From the NCBI GenBank assembly GCA_050125095.1, contig JASFEA010000031.1, forward strand, positions 1 to 23,863: 23,863 nt of DNA, read 5' to 3'. This DNA is from a bacterium. Lineage in GTDB: Bacteria > Arandabacterota > Arandabacteria > Arandabacterales > JALGWA01. The first letter of the stretch is position 1. Each line of letters starts with the position of its first letter. Below the pieces are notes generated by a model. It saw only the letters and a program-made list of their open reading frames with translations. It ran no database searches and had not been told where the DNA came from. Shown here one piece after another: positions 22,228-23,863 of the stretch. The position numbers and the translations under genes are program-made.

Positions 22228-23745
22228 CTAGTATGCTCCTTTCCCGTACAGCACAACAGGAATCGTCTTGACCATGATCTCCAGGTCGAGCAGCAGGCTC
22301 CACCGGTTGATGTAGTAGAGGTCGAGCAGGACCATGTCGTGGAACGGTACGCTGGATCTTCCGCTCACCTGCCAGAGTCCCGTAATACCCGGCTTAGCGC
22401 GCAAACGCCTCTTGTGCCACTCTTTGTAAATCGTAAGTTCGTAGCAAATCGGGGGCCTCGGGCCCACCAGGCTCATGTCCCCCTTGATTACATTAAAAAG
22501 CTGGGGGAGTTCGTCAAGGCTTGTCTTCCTCAAAATTCGCCCTATGGACGTCACCCGCGGGTCGTTGGGCATCTTGTAGACCTTTTCGTCCTTGTCCTCG
22601 TCCCTGAGCCTGAGCTCCTTGCCCCCTATGAAATTGGTGGCGTACTCGCGGTGAAGGGTATCGTCGGTGTCGTGGCGCATGGTGCGGAACTTATAGAAAG
22701 TGAACGGATTGCCGTCCTTTCCCGCGCGGATCTGCCTGAAGAGCACCGGGCCCGGCGAGAGGAGCCGCACCATGAGGGCGATTACAGCCAGAAGCGGCGC
22801 GAATACGATGACGACGAGACCCGCCAGGGAAAGGTCCACAAACCTCTTGGCCACGATTCCCATGCCCTTGAGCGCCGGTTCCCCGAGGCCGGGGCTGGCG
22901 ACGCCATCCATCTTCTCCTTGGGCTCTTCCGGCATCAGTATCTGGAATATATCCGACACCATTCGCACCGGCAGCCCGGTCCGGGAGCACCTGTTCACTG
23001 TCTCGAATGAGCCCCGGTCCTCCAGCAGGCCTATAGGTATGAAGATCTCCTCTATCTCGTAGTCGCTGACAATCTCGTCAAGACGGTTCATCTGGCCGAG
23101 TACGCAGTCCGGCCCCAGGTATGATGATATTTCTCCTTCGCGGGTCTCGACGAAACCGAGCACCTCATAGCCGCCTGCAATATGGGTCTTGCTCTCGAGA
23201 TACGTCCTCGCGAAAGGCAGCGCCCCGACCACTATGGCCCGCTTCGCGCCTGCGTGATGCCTGGCTCTCCGCCTTATTGCGGTGCGCACATAGCCGACGC
23301 GCACCGCCGATAGAAGCCCGATTGCGATCACCCAGCCGAATGCGAACACCAGCCTCGTCTGGACGTAGAAGTGCTGCCTGAACGCGAATGACAGCCCCAG
23401 CAGCAGCAGGTAGCCGAGCGTCACGCTCTTGGCGATGGAGAAGATCTGGCCCCCGATTGATATGAGCTTGGGCCGCCTGTAGAGACCCTCGAAACTGAAT
23501 ATGGCCGTCCAGGCCAGGCACAGCGCCGCCAGGGTAACCCAACGCTGGGATGTGAACGTCCCGCTCGGGCCGAAAAAGCCCGAGCCCCATCGCAGCCACC
23601 ATCCCAGGTACAACGACAGGAGCAGACAGCAGAAGTCCATCAACCACAGAAAGGAGACTCTCGTGTATACGCTCCTGGGCCTGCGCGGTCCCGAAACGAA
23701 GCCTCCTCCGGCTTCGGCCCGCTCTCTGTCGCTGTCTGCTGCCAT
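22228..23745 (-). CDS. Priming polyprenyl-phosphate glycosylphosphotransferase (WcaJ/WbaP-like)
   Basis: Four N-terminal hydrophobic helices, a cytoplasmic domain, then KRFVD, YKFRTM, DPRVT, SLDELPQ, MSLVGPRP, KPGITGLWQV. Confidence 0.95.
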   Translation of the reverse strand: MAADSDRERAEAGGGFVSGPRRPRSVYTRVSFLWLMDFCCLLLSLYLGWWLRWGSGFFGPSGTFTSQRWVTLAALCLAWTAIFSFEGLYRRPKLISIGGQIFSIAKSVTLGYLLLLGLSFAFRQHFYVQTRLVFAFGWVIAIGLLSAVRVGYVRTAIRRRARHHAGAKRAIVVGALPFARTYLESKTHIAGGYEVLGFVETREGEISSYLGPDCVLGQMNRLDEIVSDYEIEEIFIPIGLLEDRGSFETVNRCSRTGLPVRMVSDIFQILMPEEPKEKMDGVASPGLGEPALKGMGIVAKRFVDLSLAGLVVIVFAPLLAVIALMVRLLSPGPVLFRQIRAGKDGNPFTFYKFRTMRHDTDDTLHREYATNFIGGKELRLRDEDKDEKVYKMPNDPRVTSIGRILRKTSLDELPQLFNVIKGDMSLVGPRPPICYELTIYKEWHKRRLRAKPGITGLWQVSGRSSVPFHDMVLLDLYYINRWSLLLDLEIMVKTIPVVLYGKGAY

Positions 23746-23863
23746 TTAGGCCTTCTTCCCCACGATCTCTTCAAGGCACTCGGCCACAAACTGCTGCTGC
23801 TCCGCGCTTATATGAGGGAACATGGGCAGCGAGACGATCTCGTCCGCGGCCTCCTCGGCCACG
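23746..23863 (-). CDS. DegT/DnrJ/EryC1/StrS aminotransferase, 3' end only
   Basis: Not in the ORF track. Reads VAEEAADEIVSLPMFPHISAEQQQFVAECLEEIVGKKA*, the typical SLP.(F/Y)P C-terminus. Its TAA directly abuts the next ATG. Confidence 0.85.
   Translation of the reverse strand, partial: VAEEAADEIVSLPMFPHISAEQQQFVAECLEEIVGKKA

Noticed and set aside
21682-23010. Long antisense ORFs (442 aa here; also 12942-14033, 9885-10808, 8614-9423 and others)
   Set aside because: They shadow well-supported - strand genes, have no recognisable motifs and are expected in high-GC coding DNA.

Overview
GC-rich bacterial chromosomal window, probably from a diderm, with no transposase, integrase or CRISPR-Cas. 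Left part (+ strand): the 3' portion of a CE4 polysaccharide deacetylase, then a four-gene operon encoding two Cys-free secreted pilin-like proteins, a two-domain chaperone-like protein and a 1035-aa protein with Ig domains, a beta-barrel-like region and C-terminal beta-sandwiches. Together these look like a non-canonical chaperone-usher-type fibre system. Middle (- strand): galT-like, glgA, a GT2 whose stop codon lies inside tRNA-Gly(GCC), a tandem 23-bp repeat (third copy at 1113), an alkaline-phosphatase-superfamily gene and tRNA-Cys(GCA). Right part (mostly - strand): a surface polysaccharide cluster with a DegT-type aminotransferase (partial), priming sugar transferase, Gfo/Idh/MocA oxidoreductase, hexapeptide acyltransferase, radical SAM, two paralogous GT4 pairs, an apparently dead membrane-anchored CE4, an apparently circularly permuted CE4, a FemAB-like GNAT and one GT2 embedded on the opposite strand. 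All family calls come from motif recognition by eye, not from database searches.
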